DNA of 64,000 nt from NCBI GenBank assembly GCA_002387565.1, contig DGJT01000018.1, forward strand, positions 17,767 through 81,766, given 5' to 3'. This document shows positions 26,943-37,050 of this stretch, one piece after another. Below the pieces are notes generated by a model. That model had not been told where the DNA came from. It did not search any database and was given only the letters and a program-made list of their open reading frames with translations. The stretch's first letter is position 1. Every line of letters starts with the position of its first letter. Source of the stretch: Akkermansiaceae bacterium UBA4589. GTDB taxonomy: Bacteria > Verrucomicrobiota > Verrucomicrobiia > Verrucomicrobiales > Akkermansiaceae. A program made the translations under genes and the position numbers.

Positions 26943-29900
26943 ATGAGTAAACGTCAATGGTTTCATCCAGAATTAAAAGAAGATAAGCAAGTCAAGTCTA
27001 CGCAGGCTTGGAGATCTTCAGCAGAGCTAGCTTCAGAGCCAAGCTTTGTGAATAAGTTTGATATAGAATTTCCTGAGGGAGACACCTTAACAGAAGAAGA
27101 AGCGGAATTATCAAGACGCTCATTTGTTAAGTTGATGGGTGCATCTACAGCGCTTGCAGGCATGGGTATGGTGGCTTGTCGTCGCCCAGAAAAATATATC
27201 ATGCCTTATAAGCAGGCTCCCGAGTGGGTGATTCCTGGTAAAGCTGTTTATTATGCTACTGCCATGCCTACAGCAAAAGGTGGTGTGCCATTATTGGCGA
27301 GTAGTCATGAGGGGCGCCCTACTAAGTTAGAGTCTAATACCTTGGCTAACAAGCGTGGTGGCACGGACGCTTTTGCTCAAGCTTCAATCCTTAATTTGTA
27401 CAGCCCAGATCGCTCTAAAGAGTTTTTATTTCAAGGGCAGGTTTCTTCGCAAGCAGACTTCCAAAATGCTTTGCCAAGCATTGCCGCTAAATTGAGTGAT
27501 GCTAACAGTGCTTTCGTGGTGGCTAAAGATGACTCGCCAAGTCGTGAGCGAGCGCTCAAGCAACTCAAGCAAACTTATCCTAAGGCTAAGTTTTATGCTT
27601 ACGAAGCATTAGAAGCTGACTCTGCTATCTCTCAAAAGGTCGTTATTAATTTATCTAAGGCGCAGCGTATTTTGTCATTAGATGCGGACTTTTTAGGTTT
27701 AGATAAGCAAGCTGATGTGGCTGGTTTTTATGCGAACCGTTTTGTTGAGGGTGCTGATTACGATCAAAAAGTTGATAAAAATAAGATTAACCGCCTTTAT
27801 GTAGTTGAGCCTAACTTTAGTGAGACTGGTGGTTTGGCTGATCATAGAATGCGTTTGGCTCCTTCACAAGTAGCTAAGCTTACTGTTGCTCTAGGTCAAT
27901 TTATTGCTGAAGCGACAGGTGACGCAACTTTAGGAAGCATCACTAAGGGTAGTGGTGTTAAGAGTTCGCTTACAGATAAGGATTTAATATGGGCCAAAGA
28001 AGCTGCTAAGGATTTGGTAACTAAAAAAGGCAAGAGCTTGGTCTTGATAGGTTCAGGTTACGATGACGCATTAAAAGCTTTAGTATTAGCGATGAATGTG
28101 GCTTTAGGAGCTACTAGTAACATTATCAAAGCATTGCCTAATACAGATTCAGTTGAATTAGGTTCATTGGCTGATTTAAAAAATGATTTAGCAGCTAAGA
28201 AAGTGAAGACATTGGTTTGGTTGAGCCCAGCTAACCCTTTCTATGATGCTCCTAGTGATTATAAGTTTGAAGAGCTTACTCAGTCTGTAGAGGCATTTAT
28301 TCATTTTGGAGAGCGTGCTACTCCAGTTGCCAAGGCAGCTACATGGCATATTCCTGCGGCTCATTATTTAGAGAGTTGGGGTGATGTGAAGGATGTTAAT
28401 GGCAAGGTCTTGCTCATTCAGCCACTTATTTTGCCGCTTTATGAAGGGATTTCAGAGCTTGAGTTGCTCTTAGCATTCAATACACAAGTGTTAGCTACAG
28501 CGAATGAGACAGGTTCAGTAGCTTCTCCTGCTTATGATTTTGTAAAACAAACTTCTGCATTGACTGAGGCTAAGTGGCGTAATGCGCTTAAGCGTGGCTT
28601 CATTGCTGATAAGGTTTCGTTAGTTCCATTTACAGTGAATGGTTCTGAGTTAGTCTCGATAGCTAAAAAAGGGTTGTCAGCATTAGTAAAACAAGCTGCG
28701 CCTACAGGGCAAGCTGTTGAAGTCGTCTTTAAGGCGGATAGCTCAGTTTGGGACGGCCGTTACATCAATAATGCTTGGTTGCAAGAAGCTCCAGATCCAA
28801 TTGTTAAGTTGACTTGGGATAATGCGGCTTGGATTTCTCCAAAAACAGCAGAAGCACTAGGTGTGTACGATAAAGAAATTGGTTTGATTGGTATGAATCC
28901 AATCTTTAAAAAACCTAACTCAGCTATCTCAGATGCTAAAGATAAGGAGGGCCCTAATCGTACAGCTCCTGTCATTAAGCTTAAGGTTAATGGTGCAGAA
29001 TTAGAAATCCCAGTGATTATTGCCTTTGGTCAAGCTGAGAATGTGCTCACGCTTCCTGTTGGTTATGGTCAGTTTTTTGATAAGCATCGTAAGTCTGATT
29101 TCAAAAAAGGTTTTGATGCTCAAAAGCATGCGCAAGGCTCATCAGAAAGAGAGAGCTATGTGGGTGTAAACGCAGGTTTCAACGTCTACAGCTTACGTAC
29201 TTCTGCGAATCTTTACTATGCAACAGGCGCTACTGTAGCAACGACTAAAGTTCGTTACAAATTAGCCATGACTCAAGAGCACCATAATATGTATGGACGA
29301 GCTCTAGCTAGAGAGGTTTCTACTCAAGGTGATTTTAAGGCTAATCTTCATAGTGTTAAGAAGCATGGTGTAGATTCGCATGCTCCAGAAAACATTTCTT
29401 TATACAAATCAAAAGGCTCAAAAGTATGGCATGGTGATGGCGTATCAGCACCTAATCTCCTCTCTGATAAGATTCATCAGTGGGGTATGGCTATTGATTT
29501 GAATGTATGTACTGGCTGTAATGCTTGTTTAGTGGCTTGTCAGGCTGAAAACAATATCCCTGTTGTAGGTAAAGAGCAGGTGGCCATGGGTCGTGAGATG
29601 CACTGGATTCGTATGGATCGCTACTACGCAGTGGTTGATGGTGCCGACGAAGATAATCCAGAGATGATTCCTCAGCCTGTAGCCTGTGCTCAGTGTGAGA
29701 GCGCTCCTTGTGAAACTGTCTGCCCAGTTAATGCAACAGTACACACAGAAGAGGGTCTTAATGCTATGGCTTATAACCGCTGTATCGGTACACGTTATTG
29801 TGCTAATAACTGCCCATATAAAGCACGTCGTTTCAATTTCTTTGATTATAACAAGCGCAACCCGCTTATTGAGAAAAATCTTTATAAAGGAGCTGCAGGT

Positions 29901-30347
29901 AAGAAGCAGGAGGGTGATAGCACTCATTTACAACGTAACCCAAATGTTTCAGTGCGTATGCGTGGGGTTATGGAGAAGTGTACATACTGTGTGCAACGTC
30001 TTGAAGCTGCTAAAATTGATCAGAAGCAAGCGCTTAGATCCAAGGTTATGGCTTCAGGAGCTCTGTCTCATAATGTTGAGCTCAAGCCTGAAGAGCTTAG
30101 AATTAAGCATGATGGTGTTAAGGTAGCGTGTCAAACAGCCTGTCCTTCGGATGCGATTAGCTTTGGTAACCTTCTGGATAAAGAGGCTTCACGTATGGTG
30201 AGGGCCAAAGGTTCAGAGCGTAATTACGATTTGCTTAACTATATTGGAACACTTCCAAGAACTAGCTACCTTGCTAGAGTTAAAAATCCAAACCCAGCAA
30301 TGCCAGGTGCAGAGTTTGTAGGTCAAGCGACAATTAACATGCATTAA
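26943..30347 (+). CDS. actB: Alternative Complex III subunit ActB (molybdopterin-oxidoreductase-like domain fused to a 4Fe-4S ferredoxin domain)
   Basis: Tat signal SRRSFVKLMGAS. It has a large MopB-like N-domain and C-terminal Fe-S clusters (CTGCNACLVAC, CAQCESAPCETVCP, CIGTRYCANNCP, CTYC, CQTACP). Confidence 0.9.
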   Translation: MSKRQWFHPELKEDKQVKSTQAWRSSAELASEPSFVNKFDIEFPEGDTLTEEEAELSRRSFVKLMGASTALAGMGMVACRRPEKYIMPYKQAPEWVIPGKAVYYATAMPTAKGGVPLLASSHEGRPTKLESNTLANKRGGTDAFAQASILNLYSPDRSKEFLFQGQVSSQADFQNALPSIAAKLSDANSAFVVAKDDSPSRERALKQLKQTYPKAKFYAYEALEADSAISQKVVINLSKAQRILSLDADFLGLDKQADVAGFYANRFVEGADYDQKVDKNKINRLYVVEPNFSETGGLADHRMRLAPSQVAKLTVALGQFIAEATGDATLGSITKGSGVKSSLTDKDLIWAKEAAKDLVTKKGKSLVLIGSGYDDALKALVLAMNVALGATSNIIKALPNTDSVELGSLADLKNDLAAKKVKTLVWLSPANPFYDAPSDYKFEELTQSVEAFIHFGERATPVAKAATWHIPAAHYLESWGDVKDVNGKVLLIQPLILPLYEGISELELLLAFNTQVLATANETGSVASPAYDFVKQTSALTEAKWRNALKRGFIADKVSLVPFTVNGSELVSIAKKGLSALVKQAAPTGQAVEVVFKADSSVWDGRYINNAWLQEAPDPIVKLTWDNAAWISPKTAEALGVYDKEIGLIGMNPIFKKPNSAISDAKDKEGPNRTAPVIKLKVNGAELEIPVIIAFGQAENVLTLPVGYGQFFDKHRKSDFKKGFDAQKHAQGSSERESYVGVNAGFNVYSLRTSANLYYATGATVATTKVRYKLAMTQEHHNMYGRALAREVSTQGDFKANLHSVKKHGVDSHAPENISLYKSKGSKVWHGDGVSAPNLLSDKIHQWGMAIDLNVCTGCNACLVACQAENNIPVVGKEQVAMGREMHWIRMDRYYAVVDGADEDNPEMIPQPVACAQCESAPCETVCPVNATVHTEEGLNAMAYNRCIGTRYCANNCPYKARRFNFFDYNKRNPLIEKNLYKGAAGKKQEGDSTHLQRNPNVSVRMRGVMEKCTYCVQRLEAAKIDQKQALRSKVMASGALSHNVELKPEELRIKHDGVKVACQTACPSDAISFGNLLDKEASRMVRAKGSERNYDLLNYIGTLPRTSYLARVKNPNPAMPGAEFVGQATINMH

Positions 30348-30366
30348 TTAGGAATATTTATTTACT

Positions 30367-31824
30367 ATGTCTACACAATCTACATCAAATGTTTCTTCTC
30401 AAGGTAAAGTAGTGATACCTGTACTTGAGCGTGAAAAGTTGATTCTCAATAATCGTTCGCTTTCTTGGATTAGTAACAAAGTTTGCGGTATTATTGAAAA
30501 CAAGCAGCCTGCGTTATGGTGGGCACTATTTATTCCTTGTGCGCTTATGGCTCTTATTGGGGTTGTAGGCGGTCTTGCTTACCAGGTTTACTCTGGTGTC
30601 GGTGTTTGGGGCAACAGTAACCGCGTTATGTGGGGTTGGCCGATTGTTAACTTTGTTTTCTGGATTGGTATTGGCCACGCGGGGACTTTGATTTCTGCAG
30701 TCCTGTTCCTCACTCGTCAGAACTGGAGAACTTCTATTAACCGCGCCGCTGAGGCGATGACTATTTTTGCGGTGATGTGTGCAGGAATTTACCCTGTATT
30801 CCACGTGGGTCGTGTGTGGATGGTGTGGTTCTTAGCTCCAGTACCTAACTCAAATGCTATCTGGCAAAACTTTAAATCACCACTTCTATGGGATGTGTTT
30901 GCGATTTCTACTTATTTCACAGTATCACTTATTTTCTGGTATTTAGGCATGGTTCCTGATTTGGCTACGATTCGTGATCGTGCAACAACTAAGATTAGAC
31001 AGGTTCTTTATGGTGTCTTTTCTCTTGGTTGGAGAGGGGGTAATCGTCAGTGGTCTCACTATGAAATGGCTTACCTTATCTTGGCAGGTATTTCTACACC
31101 ATTGGTGCTTTCTGTGCACTCAATCGTTTCATTTGACTTTGCGACTTCAGTAGTTCCTGGTTGGCATACGACGATTTTCCCTCCTTACTTTGTGGCGGGT
31201 GCTATTTTTGGTGGATTTGCCATGGTATTAACCATTATGATTCCTGCTCGCTATATCTACGGGCTGCAGGATTTAATCACCATGAAGCACATTGATAACA
31301 TGGCTAAGATTATTTTGCTCACAGGTACTATCGTGGGTTACGCTTACCTCATGGAGCTTTTCATTGCTTTCTACTCAGGTGCTAAGTATGAGATGGATGC
31401 GTTTACCTTTAGGATTACAGGCCCTTATGCATGGGCTTATATTGCGATGATGGCTCTTAACGTTATTTCTCCACAGATTTTCTGGTCACGTAAAATGCGT
31501 GAGAACCTCTGGGTGATTATGGCGGTGGCTGGCTGTGTGAACGCAGGTATGTGGTTTGAGCGTTTCGTTATTATTGATACAACTCTAGCAAGAATGTTCT
31601 TACCTGGTGATTGGAAATACTTTAGTCCTAGTGCTATTGATGTGCTTACTTTCTTAGGCACCATGGGAATGTTCCTTACCTTGTTCCTTCTATTCTTGAG
31701 ATTTTTACCTTGTATCAACATTGCAGAAGTTAAGTGGACTCTTCCAGAGGCTGACCCTCATTATGGTGAGGACGCTAATGACAAAGTGGAGCGTGTTGCA
31801 GCTTATCAAAAAGAACTTTCATAA
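30367..31824 (+). CDS. actC: Alternative Complex III subunit ActC (NrfD/PsrC-like quinol-interacting membrane subunit)
   Basis: 485 aa polytopic NrfD-family protein, positioned directly after actB. Confidence 0.85.
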   Translation: MSTQSTSNVSSQGKVVIPVLEREKLILNNRSLSWISNKVCGIIENKQPALWWALFIPCALMALIGVVGGLAYQVYSGVGVWGNSNRVMWGWPIVNFVFWIGIGHAGTLISAVLFLTRQNWRTSINRAAEAMTIFAVMCAGIYPVFHVGRVWMVWFLAPVPNSNAIWQNFKSPLLWDVFAISTYFTVSLIFWYLGMVPDLATIRDRATTKIRQVLYGVFSLGWRGGNRQWSHYEMAYLILAGISTPLVLSVHSIVSFDFATSVVPGWHTTIFPPYFVAGAIFGGFAMVLTIMIPARYIYGLQDLITMKHIDNMAKIILLTGTIVGYAYLMELFIAFYSGAKYEMDAFTFRITGPYAWAYIAMMALNVISPQIFWSRKMRENLWVIMAVAGCVNAGMWFERFVIIDTTLARMFLPGDWKYFSPSAIDVLTFLGTMGMFLTLFLLFLRFLPCINIAEVKWTLPEADPHYGEDANDKVERVAAYQKELS

Positions 31825-31835
31825 GAATTATTTAT

Positions 31836-32420
31836 ATGAGTAAAGAAGCTAAAATTTACGGTTACCTTGCTGAGTTTGCTAATGCTCAGGAGCTCTATCA
31901 CGCCGCTGAAAAAATTAGAGATGCCAAATACAGCCGTTGGGATTGTTATTCAGCATTTCCTATTCATGGTCTTGATGCTGCAATGGGCTTAAAGCGCTCT
32001 AAGTTGCCTATCTTTGTTTTATGTGGTGCGACCTTAGGTTTCCTAACAGCCATCTCTCTAGCTTATATTACTCAAGTGGTGCTTTATCCAACTGTAGTGC
32101 AAGCAAAACCAGCGAACTTATTCACGATTCCGGCTTTCTTCCCTATTATGTTTGAGCTGACGATTTTATTTTCAGGTTTCACTGTTTTATTTGGGGTTTT
32201 AGGTTTAATGAAGCTGCCATGTTTCCATCACCCACTTTTTAATAGCAAGCAGTTTTCTAGAGTGACTGATGATGGGTTCTTTATCGCTATCGAAGCCACA
32301 GATCAACAGTTTTCTGCTGAAGCCACACGTGAGCTTCTTGAGTCTATTGGAGGCACTAACTTAGAGGTCGTTTATGACGAGGTTGTTGAAGAGCTTGAGG
32401 AGGTCGAAGGCAAAGCCTAA
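31836..32420 (+). CDS. actD: Alternative Complex III subunit ActD (DUF3341-like)
   Basis: 194 aa. Begins YGYLAEFANAQELYHAAEKIRDAKY, has two central TM helices and sits in the syntenic position. Confidence 0.8.
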   Translation: MSKEAKIYGYLAEFANAQELYHAAEKIRDAKYSRWDCYSAFPIHGLDAAMGLKRSKLPIFVLCGATLGFLTAISLAYITQVVLYPTVVQAKPANLFTIPAFFPIMFELTILFSGFTVLFGVLGLMKLPCFHHPLFNSKQFSRVTDDGFFIAIEATDQQFSAEATRELLESIGGTNLEVVYDEVVEELEEVEGKA

Positions 32421-32441
32421 AGAATTAGAATTTTACATATT

Positions 32442-33116
32442 ATGCGTTACTTTTTTATAGGTTATTTAGTAGTGGTGACTCTGGTTATCGGAGCCTTAGG
32501 CTTTCGTGGTGACAAATTTAGTAAGCCACCGATTCGTTTATTCCCCGATATGGATGAAATGGACAAGGTGAGAAGCCAAGAAAAAACTGTATTCTTTACA
32601 GATACTATGGGATCACGTTTGCCATTAGCTGGAACTCAGCCTTTTGGTTACGATGCCAATGCGCAGGACGTAGCTGAACAAAATCAAGTTACTTTTTCTG
32701 GTTTAGAAGGCTATTACAACACAGGACATATTGGTGATTACTATGGGTCAGGTATGCCTACAGAATTAGCAGGTAGTGGTATTGAGCTGCTCAAGCGCGG
32801 TGAAGAAAGATATAATATTTACTGTGCTATTTGTCATGGTAAAAATGGTAACGGTCAATCTAGTGTGCCAAGTCAATATGGCATACCTGGAGTAGCTAAT
32901 CTTCATCAATTTTTAGAGGCAGACTACCCTAATGGACGTTTGTTTGAAGTTATTTCACATGGTAAAGGAAATATGGGTGGTTATGCCTATCAATTACCAA
33001 TCAAAGATCGTTGGGCTATCATAGCCTACGTGAGGGCGTTACAAGTTGCTAAGCAAGCGCCGATTAATCAACCAGCCGTTAAACAAGCAGTGGAAGAAGC
33101 TGCTTCTGTAAAATAA
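32442..33116 (+). CDS. actE: Alternative Complex III subunit ActE, monohaem cytochrome c
   Basis: N-terminal anchor, a single CAICH motif and a downstream GNMGGY candidate Met ligand. Confidence 0.8.
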   Translation: MRYFFIGYLVVVTLVIGALGFRGDKFSKPPIRLFPDMDEMDKVRSQEKTVFFTDTMGSRLPLAGTQPFGYDANAQDVAEQNQVTFSGLEGYYNTGHIGDYYGSGMPTELAGSGIELLKRGEERYNIYCAICHGKNGNGQSSVPSQYGIPGVANLHQFLEADYPNGRLFEVISHGKGNMGGYAYQLPIKDRWAIIAYVRALQVAKQAPINQPAVKQAVEEAASVK

Positions 33117-33138
33117 TAAGTTTTAGTTTTAGAAAATC

Positions 33139-34497
33139 ATGGGACACTTGATCACATCAGAACAAATCGCTATTGATGGCGAACAGTTGACATCAGCACC
33201 TTTTAAGCGTGCTAAACAAATACTTGGTATCATTGCTATAGTAGGAACGCTTATTAGCTTTGGTATTTTGTTTTTTGCACCTGACTCTTTGAAAGGTACC
33301 TTTTCTTATTCTTGGTTATTTGCTTTAGCTTATGCCTTAACTATCGCTATTGGTGGTTGTTTTTGGGTGCTTCTGCATAACTTATCTAATTCAGGTTGGG
33401 GTGTGTCTGTACGTCGCATTATGGAGAACTTAGGTTTTGTATTTCCTTTCTTAGGTGTTCTTTGTATCCCGTTTCTTTTCCCTGATGTACAACAGTACCT
33501 TTGGGAATGGATGACTAAGCACCGCGCTACAGGTGTGGATATGTTTAGTTCTAACCCAAGTCGCTTATTTGGCTTCTGGGGCGGGCAAGACCTCATTGAT
33601 GCCTTGTATTACAAGCACGAAGCTCTGCTTGCTAGTAAGGCTTGGTACTTAAATATTTTCTCTTGGTACACACGCTTTTTCTTCTATTTTATTGCCTTAG
33701 GTTGGGTGATTTGGAAATTACGTAAGATTTCTGTAGCTCAGGATACTGATCCAAAACCAGGTGTCGCACGCCTCTTTCAAGCTAGAGCTTTCTCAGCAGG
33801 AGGTTTGCCTATCTTAGGTATCACAGCTACTTTCCTTGCGATTGATTGGTTTATGACTTTGAACTACACATGGTTCTCTACGATGTGGGGTGTTTATATT
33901 TTTGCCGGTTGTGCCTTGCATTCCATGGTGGTGATTATTTTGACTGCTATCGTATTGCAAAAAAATGGCTACCTTAAAAATGTAGTATCCCCAGAGCATT
34001 TCCACATTATGGGTAAGCTCACGCATGTGTTTGTCATTTTCTGGGCTTACATTACTTTCTCTCAATTCTTCCTTATTTGGTATTCAAATATTGCAGAAGA
34101 AACCATGTACTTTACCCTTCGTAATACAGCAGGTTGGTACTGGGTAAGTTTGAGCTTAGTCTTTGGTCACTTTGCTTTGCCATTTATCTTGCTTCTACCA
34201 CACTGGATGAAGAAGAATGTGAAGTATATTAAATGGGTTTGTGTGTACCTTTTAGTATTACACGCTGTGGACATGTATCATGTGATTATTCCTCAGAGAG
34301 GGCCTTCATTAGGTTTGGTTTTAGGTCATGAGCCAGTACTTTGGTTCGGTGGTATTCAAGCGGTATTTTTAGATATCTTTGCCTTGGTAGTTGTTATTGC
34401 GGGCTTTGGTTATTTCTACTTGAGAAATTTAGGTAGCGTGAATACTTACCCTAACCGTGATCCACGTATCATAGAATCAGCTAACCTTAGTAACTAA
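33139..34497 (+). CDS. actF: Alternative Complex III subunit ActF (second NrfD-like membrane subunit)
   Basis: 452 aa polytopic protein in the syntenic position after actE. Confidence 0.8.
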   Translation: MGHLITSEQIAIDGEQLTSAPFKRAKQILGIIAIVGTLISFGILFFAPDSLKGTFSYSWLFALAYALTIAIGGCFWVLLHNLSNSGWGVSVRRIMENLGFVFPFLGVLCIPFLFPDVQQYLWEWMTKHRATGVDMFSSNPSRLFGFWGGQDLIDALYYKHEALLASKAWYLNIFSWYTRFFFYFIALGWVIWKLRKISVAQDTDPKPGVARLFQARAFSAGGLPILGITATFLAIDWFMTLNYTWFSTMWGVYIFAGCALHSMVVIILTAIVLQKNGYLKNVVSPEHFHIMGKLTHVFVIFWAYITFSQFFLIWYSNIAEETMYFTLRNTAGWYWVSLSLVFGHFALPFILLLPHWMKKNVKYIKWVCVYLLVLHAVDMYHVIIPQRGPSLGLVLGHEPVLWFGGIQAVFLDIFALVVVIAGFGYFYLRNLGSVNTYPNRDPRIIESANLSN

Positions 34498-34514
34498 TTT
34501 ATCTCTTTTTTATT

Positions 34515-34907
34515 ATGTCTTGTTGTTCAACAGAAAACCAACCTACTAGCTGCAAAATTAAAGCATCTATTCTTACTATTCTTTTGCTTTTAGTAGCAGT
34601 AATTTTAGTATCTAACTTGAAAAGCCAAGTAGCCAAAGCTAATGCTTCGATTGTGGATTTAGATGAAGAAGCTCGTTTAGAAGTCAAATTGCGCACCGAG
34701 CAGGAAGTCACAGAATCTTTCACCGTGGTAAGCAATGGCGAAACAGCACAAGTGCCGCCCGCTGTTATTTTTGCACAGCAAGCTAAACAAAACTTTTCAA
34801 ACCCTAAACCTGTGGCTGTGAAGATAGAAGCACAGAAGACCACTGCTGCTAAACTTCGCGAAGCCGAAGAAGCTAAGCAAAATACAAGTAACCCATTTAG
34901 TCTTTAA
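34515..34907 (+). CDS. Single-pass membrane protein with Cys-rich N-terminus, function unknown
   Basis: Begins MSCCSTENQPTSC, followed by a TM helix and then a charged, low-complexity tail. It sits between actF and the CcoN-like gene with gaps of 17 and 3 nt. Confidence 0.45.
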   Translation: MSCCSTENQPTSCKIKASILTILLLLVAVILVSNLKSQVAKANASIVDLDEEARLEVKLRTEQEVTESFTVVSNGETAQVPPAVIFAQQAKQNFSNPKPVAVKIEAQKTTAAKLREAEEAKQNTSNPFSL

Positions 34908-34910
34908 TTT

Positions 34911-36350
34911 ATGAGCGAAACTGAAATTAATTCTGCAGAGCGCAGTCACGCGATCAAGTTGACTTATTTAGATAAGTCAGTCCAAGCGCCTGTGATGTTT
35001 TTATGGATGTCTTCTATTGTTTGGTTAATAGGAGGCATACTTCTTGGCTTGGTTTATTCTATTAAGCTTTATAGTCCTGACTTTTTAACTAGCAGTTTTC
35101 CTGCCTTAGTGACAGGTAGAGTATTTACAGCGCATATCAATGTGCTTGTCTATGGTTTTGCACTACAAGCTCTTCTTGGTGTAGCTCTCTGGGTAGGTGT
35201 GCGCCTTAGCCAAGCTAAGCTCACGCAATCAGGCATGGTAGTGTTCGCCACCTTATTATGGAACTTGGTTTTAACTGGCGGAATCAAAGCTATTTTAGAA
35301 GGTAACGGCAAGGGGGTGCTACTCCTTGATATTCCACAAGGTTATTCAGTAGCTCTTTTAGCTCTCTATATTGTTTTCGTTTTTGGCATTATTGTACGCT
35401 TACTTAGTAGTAAAGCGGCGCAAGGTTCAATTGCTTCGCACTTCTTGGCTTATGGACTCATAGCTTTTCCTTGGATTGCTATTATTGCCTATAATTTAGT
35501 CTTTAGTATACCAGGTGCGCACCCACTTATGACAACTGCGGTTGCTGAGTGGTTCCAGTCAGCCTTAATTTATATGTTTATTGTGCCAGTAGTAGCGGCA
35601 GGTTTACTTTATGTGGCGCCTAGATCTGTCCAGGGTGTGGCTTCAAATAATTTGCTCATTAAATTGAGTTTCTATGGATTGATTATCTTGGCTCCTTGCT
35701 CAGGTTTTGAGCAACTTTTAGGTAGTCCTGTTCCTTATTTCTTGCCAGCTTTGAGTGCGGCTTGTGGTGTTTTGCTCATTGCGGCTTTGGTAGGAATTTT
35801 CTTTGAAGTGTTTGGCACATTGAGTCAGAGCGCTAAAGAGCTAGCTAATAGACCTTCAGCTCGCTTCCTTTGGTTAGGTGCTGTCTCTGTGCTTGTTTTA
35901 GCAGGATTAAAACTCATGCAAACACTGCCATTAACCGCTGACCTCTTTCAATTTTCTGGTCTTGACTACTTTGTATGGGTATGGGTGGCATTAGCTGTAG
36001 TCGGCATGTCTGTTGCAGGGATTTCTTACTTTGCTGTACCTAGACTTACAGGTAGAGAATGGGTATCTAAACGAGTCGTTCGTTCTCATTTCTGGACAGG
36101 AGCTTATGCCTTAGGAACTTTCTTAATGCTGGGTTTGCTTATGGCTTATTTCTATGCTATTGCACAACAAAATTGGGAGGTGAAGTGGACTGTCGTTAAC
36201 CAACAATTCACTCCAGTAGCAATGGTCATTACTACTGGTTGGTTCTTTGGATTGTTGTCAACAGTAGCTTATGCCCTTCATTTGTTCATCATGTGGGTTC
36301 GTTTAGGTAGATTAGATGAGGAAGGTTTATCTCTTGAGCAAGCACATTAG
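34911..36350 (+). CDS. CcoN-like (cbb3-type oxidase subunit I homologue) lacking canonical CuB/haem b3 ligand motifs
   Basis: 479 aa, about 12 TM helices. It is colinear with CcoN: TGRVFTAHINVLVYGF versus FGRLRPLHTNAVIF, and YFAVPRLTGRE...RSHFW versus HLVPKVFGRE...THFW. The WWYGHN, GPHH and GHVH positions instead read AEWFQS, APCSGFEQ and VWVW. Confidence 0.7.
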   Translation: MSETEINSAERSHAIKLTYLDKSVQAPVMFLWMSSIVWLIGGILLGLVYSIKLYSPDFLTSSFPALVTGRVFTAHINVLVYGFALQALLGVALWVGVRLSQAKLTQSGMVVFATLLWNLVLTGGIKAILEGNGKGVLLLDIPQGYSVALLALYIVFVFGIIVRLLSSKAAQGSIASHFLAYGLIAFPWIAIIAYNLVFSIPGAHPLMTTAVAEWFQSALIYMFIVPVVAAGLLYVAPRSVQGVASNNLLIKLSFYGLIILAPCSGFEQLLGSPVPYFLPALSAACGVLLIAALVGIFFEVFGTLSQSAKELANRPSARFLWLGAVSVLVLAGLKLMQTLPLTADLFQFSGLDYFVWVWVALAVVGMSVAGISYFAVPRLTGREWVSKRVVRSHFWTGAYALGTFLMLGLLMAYFYAIAQQNWEVKWTVVNQQFTPVAMVITTGWFFGLLSTVAYALHLFIMWVRLGRLDEEGLSLEQAH

Positions 36351-36361
36351 TTTTATTCATT

Positions 36362-37039
36362 ATGAAAGTTAGTACTAATATTATTATTTCAGCACTTGTA
36401 TTCCTTGTTGTTTTTGCAGCAATGATCGCCATCCCTTATAAATCGATGTCTAGTGCGGCATTACCTAATTTTGACGAAGATGCAGATGAGCGTTCAGATG
36501 TTTATAACCCTCTTCGTAGTGGAAGAATTACCGATGGTGCTTTAGTTTATGAAGCTAACGGTTGTGCTACTTGTCACACTCAAGTGATTCGTCCAACCAA
36601 CGCGGGTGCCGATATGTGGCGTAGCGATTGGGCCGGCTTGGTGAATGATGAAGACCGTGGCGATACTCGTCGTGAGACACATTCATTCGATTACTTAGGT
36701 CAAGAAAGAGCTAATATTGGTTTTATGAGAGTAGGTCCTGATTTAAGTAATGTGGCTCTACGTGTGATTGATTACATTAAAGACACTGACTTAACTCCTG
36801 AAATGTACTTGTACTTACAGCTTTATAACGCAAGAGCTAAAGTAGGAGCAGAGGAGTCAAATTGCCCAACGAATCCTTACCTGTTTGACAAAGTGAAGCG
36901 TTACGGAGCTGTGCCGCAAAATGCCTTGCCTATTGAGGATGAAGAATTTATTTTTGTGCCTAACGAAAAAGCTCAAGCACTAGTTTCTTATTTATTATCA
37001 CTTAAAAAAGATGATGTAGCTCCAGCAGCTGTTCAATAA
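36362..37039 (+). CDS. CcoO-like monohaem cytochrome c (cbb3 subunit II homologue)
   Basis: N-terminal TM anchor, GCATCHTQVIRP (compare CcoO GC..CHSQ.IRP) and RVGPDLSNVALR (compare RTGPDLARVG). Confidence 0.7.
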   Translation: MKVSTNIIISALVFLVVFAAMIAIPYKSMSSAALPNFDEDADERSDVYNPLRSGRITDGALVYEANGCATCHTQVIRPTNAGADMWRSDWAGLVNDEDRGDTRRETHSFDYLGQERANIGFMRVGPDLSNVALRVIDYIKDTDLTPEMYLYLQLYNARAKVGAEESNCPTNPYLFDKVKRYGAVPQNALPIEDEEFIFVPNEKAQALVSYLLSLKKDDVAPAAVQ

Positions 37040-37050
37040 TTTTATTTATC

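Noticed and set aside
29529-30126. Antisense and alternative-frame ORFs of 132 and 146 aa inside actB, and many similar ORFs inside cysS, the TPR gene, ctaD, ctaE and sucA
   Set aside because: They lie wholly inside strongly supported genes, have low-complexity or odd composition, and show no motifs. They are typical shadow ORFs.
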